DNA of 64,000 bases from Eledone cirrhosa (Eukaryota): NCBI GenBank assembly GCA_964016885.1, contig OZ024743.1:141484001-141548000 (forward strand), in the 5' to 3' direction. Shown piece after piece: positions 62,201-64,000 of the stretch. The stretch's first letter is position 1, and each line of letters opens with the position of its first letter. A model generated the notes under the pieces. It was not told the origin of the DNA and made no database searches. It was given only the letters and a program-made list of their open reading frames with translations. The position numbers were made by a program, and so were the translations under genes.

Positions 62201-64000
62201 ATTGGTTTTTGGTGCTTGGTGCTTAGTGCTTGGTATCTGGTGTTTGGTGCTTGATGTTTGGTGTTTGGTGCTTGCTGCTTGGCGCTTGGTGTTTGGTGTT
62301 TGGTGCTTGGTGCTTGGTGTTTGGTGCTTGGTGTTTGTTGTTTTGTGTTTGGTGTTTGGTGTTTGGTACCTGGTGCTTGGTGCTTGGTGCTTGTTGTTTG
62401 GTGCTTGGTGCTTGGTGATTAGTGTTTGGTGCTTGGTGCTTGCGGTTTGGTGTTTGGTGCTTGGGGTTTGGTGTTTGCTGCTTGGTGCTTGGTGTTTGGT
62501 GCTTTGTGCTTGGTGCTTGGTGTTTGGTGCTTGGTGCTTGGAGTTTGGTGCTTGGTGCTTGGTGTTTGGTGTTTGGCATTTGCTGTTTGCTGTTTGCTTT
62601 TTGGTGTTTGCTGTTTGCTGTTTGCTGTTTGGTGTTTGCTGTTTGGTGCTTGATGTTTGGTGCTTGGTGCTTGGCGTTTGGTGTTTGGTGTTTGGTGCTT
62701 GGTGCTTGGTGCTTGGTGATTCGTGTTTGGTGATTGGTGCTTGGGATTTGGTGTTTGGTGCTTGGTGTTTGGTGCTTGGTGCTTGCTGTTTGGTGTTTGG
62801 TGTTTGGTTTTGGTGCTTGGTGTTTGATGTTTGGTGTTTGGTGCTTGGTGCTTGGTGTTTGGTGCTGCGTGCTTGGTGTTTGGTGTTTGGTGCTTGGTGC
62901 CTGGTGCTTGTTGTTTGGTGTTTGGTGCTTAGTGCTTGGTGTTTGGTGTTTGGTGCTTGGTGGCTGGTGCTTGGTGCTTGGTGTTTCGTGCTTGGGGCTT
63001 GGTGCTTGGTGTTTGGTGTTTGGTGCTTGGTGTTTGGTGTTTGGTACTTGGTGCTTGGTGCTTGGTGCTTGGTGTTTGGTGCTTGGTGTTTGATGCTGCG
63101 TGCTTGATGTTTGGTGTTTGGTGCTTGGTACTTGGTGCTTGGTGTTTGGTGTTTGGTGCTTGGTGCTTGGTGTTTGGTGCTTGGTGTTTGGTGTTTGGTG
63201 TTTGATGCTTGGTGTTTGCTGCTTGGTGCTTGGTGCTTGGTGTTTTGTGTTTGGTGCTTGGTACTTGGGGATTAGTGTTTGGTGCTTGGTGCTTGCGGTT
63301 TGGTGTTTGGTGCTTGGGGTTTGGTGTTTGGTGCTTGGTGCTTGCTGCTTGGTGCTTGGTGTTTGGTGCTTGGTGCTTGGTGTTTGGTGTTTGGTGCTTG
63401 GGGTTTGGTGTTTGGTGCTTGGTGCTTGGAGTTTGGTGCTTGGTGCTTGGTGTTTGGAGTTTGGTGCTTGGTGATTGGTGCCTGGTGCTTGTTGTTTGGT
63501 GTTTGGTGCTTAGTGGTTGGTGTTTGGTGTTTGGTGCTTGGTGCTTGGTGGCTGGTGTTTGGTGCTTGGTGTTTGGAGTTTGGTGTTTGGTGCTTGGTGC
63601 CTGGTGTTTCGTGCTTGGTGCTTGGTGCTTGGTGTCTGGTGTTTGGTGCTTGGTGTTTGGTGTTTGGTACTTGGTGCTTGGTGCTTGGTGCTTGGTGTTT
63701 GGTGCTTGGTGTTTGATGCTGCGTGCTTGGTGTTTGGTGTTTGGTGCTTGGTGCTTGGTGTTTGGTATTTGGAGCTTGGTGCCTGGTGCTTGTTGTTTGG
63801 TGTTTTGTGCTTGGTGCTTGGTGTTTGGTGTTTGGCGTTTGGTGCTTGGTGCTTGGTATCTGGTTTTTGGTGCTTGATGTTTGGTGTTTGGTGCTTGGTG
63901 CTTGGTGCTTGGTGTTTGGTGTTTGGTGCTTGGTGCTTGGTGTTTGGTGCTTGGTGTTTGGTGTTTCGTGTTTGATGCTTGGTGTTTGCTGCTTGGTGCT
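53290..64000 (+). repeat. ~4-kb higher-order repeat in about 2.7 tandem copies (starts ~53290, ~57244, ~61317; last copy truncated by the window end)
   Basis: ORF triplets 53321/57275/61348, 53527/57481/61554 and 54840/58661/62734. Pairs 55836/59909 and 56648/60721. Offsets 3954, 3821 and 4073 all equal 7n-1, matching one TTGGTT 6-bp unit per copy (54910, 58731, 62804). Confidence 0.92.
59325..59845 (+). repeat. 252-bp (36-unit) local tandem duplication private to the middle ~4-kb copy
   Basis: TTGGAGT marker at 59353 and 59605. TTAGTGG marker occurs twice. ORFs 59444/59696. The equivalent regions at ~55530 and ~63425 are single-copy. Confidence 0.85.

Larger units (their letters stand above)
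1..64000 (+). repeat. Heptamer satellite array (TTGGTGY)n, ~9,145 units, runs off both window ends
   Basis: Every line parses into 7-bp units TTGGTGC/TTGGTGT or single-substitution variants (TTGCTGT, TTGATGY, TTGGTGA, TTAGTGY, CTGGTGY, TTGTTGT, TTGGAGY, TTGGGGY, TTCGTGC). Unit start mod 7 was tracked from 6 to 63993 and is fully explained by 22 six-bp units and one eight-bp unit. The G/T-rich strand is + throughout. Confidence 0.99.

Noticed and set aside
376-62579. Long minus-strand ORFs (up to 1278 aa) resembling mucin-like or Pro/Thr/Gln-rich repeat proteins
   Set aside because: There is no signal peptide or non-repetitive terminus. Starts and stops are chance variants (CAT, TTA on +), 1-bp deletions are tolerated, and unit-number changes are not restricted to in-frame lengths.
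6-63975. Hundreds of + strand ORFs encoding hydrophobic Trp/Cys-rich LVLGAWC repeats
   Set aside because: They overlap in all three frames with the same peptide, mostly start at TTG/GTG within the repeat and contain no unique domain. They are a direct product of a stop-free 7-mer.
1-64000. CRISPR-like array with GGTGATTAGTGT as repeat and intervening DNA as spacers
   Set aside because: Spacing is irregular (tens of bp to ~2 kb), the intervening DNA is the same heptamer and is itself duplicated, and no cas genes or leader are present.
1-64000. Canonical telomerase-synthesised telomere
   Set aside because: It is not a TTAGGG/TTTAGGG/TTAGG-type motif, it carries many substitution variants throughout, and variant order is copied in kb-scale blocks. 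No chromosome end is visible in the window.
1-64000. Cyanobacterial STRR-type or other bacterial heptamer repeats
   Set aside because: Those form short intergenic or intragenic tracts between genes. A gene-free tract of 64 kb or more does not fit, although the source organism cannot be proven from the window.
1-64000. Pure sequencing or basecalling artefact (low-complexity polymerase slippage)
   Set aside because: Rare variants recur in the same order in multiple diverged copies, which random error would not produce. Exact copy numbers of the near-identical blocks and singleton indels (13001, 16607, 19790, 21377, 25141, 40654) could still be assembly errors.
1-64000. C/T dimorphism as a signature of CpG methylation decay or fungal RIP
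   Set aside because: The variable C is in a GCT context, not CpG or CpA. TG-to-TA changes expected from RIP on the other strand (TTAGTGY, TTGGTAY) are only a minor class.
1-64000. C/T string as an encoded message or templated information store
   Set aside because: The order is adequately explained by mutation plus nested duplication. Nothing in the window (no enzyme gene, boundary or reading signal) supports a coding function.

Overview
The whole 64 kb window is one uninterrupted, single-orientation tandem array of a 7-bp unit, consensus TTGGTGY. It is a mixture of TTGGTGC and TTGGTGT (RCACCAA on the minus strand), about 9,145 units by phase counting between positions 6 and 63999. I found no unique sequence, inversion, transposon, RNA gene or credible protein-coding gene. 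All ORFs in the track are translations of the heptamer (LVLGAWC/LVFGVWC on +, KHQAPST/KHQTPNT on -). The information lies in the order of variant units, which is inherited in blocks and reveals nested higher-order duplications of about 0.2-7.6 kb (offsets 965, 3925, 756, ~4200, 945, 833, 7592, 4703, 217, 252, ~3954/4073 bp). The 7-bp register is kept almost perfectly: I traced 22 six-bp units and one eight-bp unit. The best interpretation is a recombination-amplified, GT-rich heptamer satellite (centromeric, heterochromatic or telomere-like), probably eukaryotic. Organism and function cannot be determined from the window, and I cannot support a novel gene system here.
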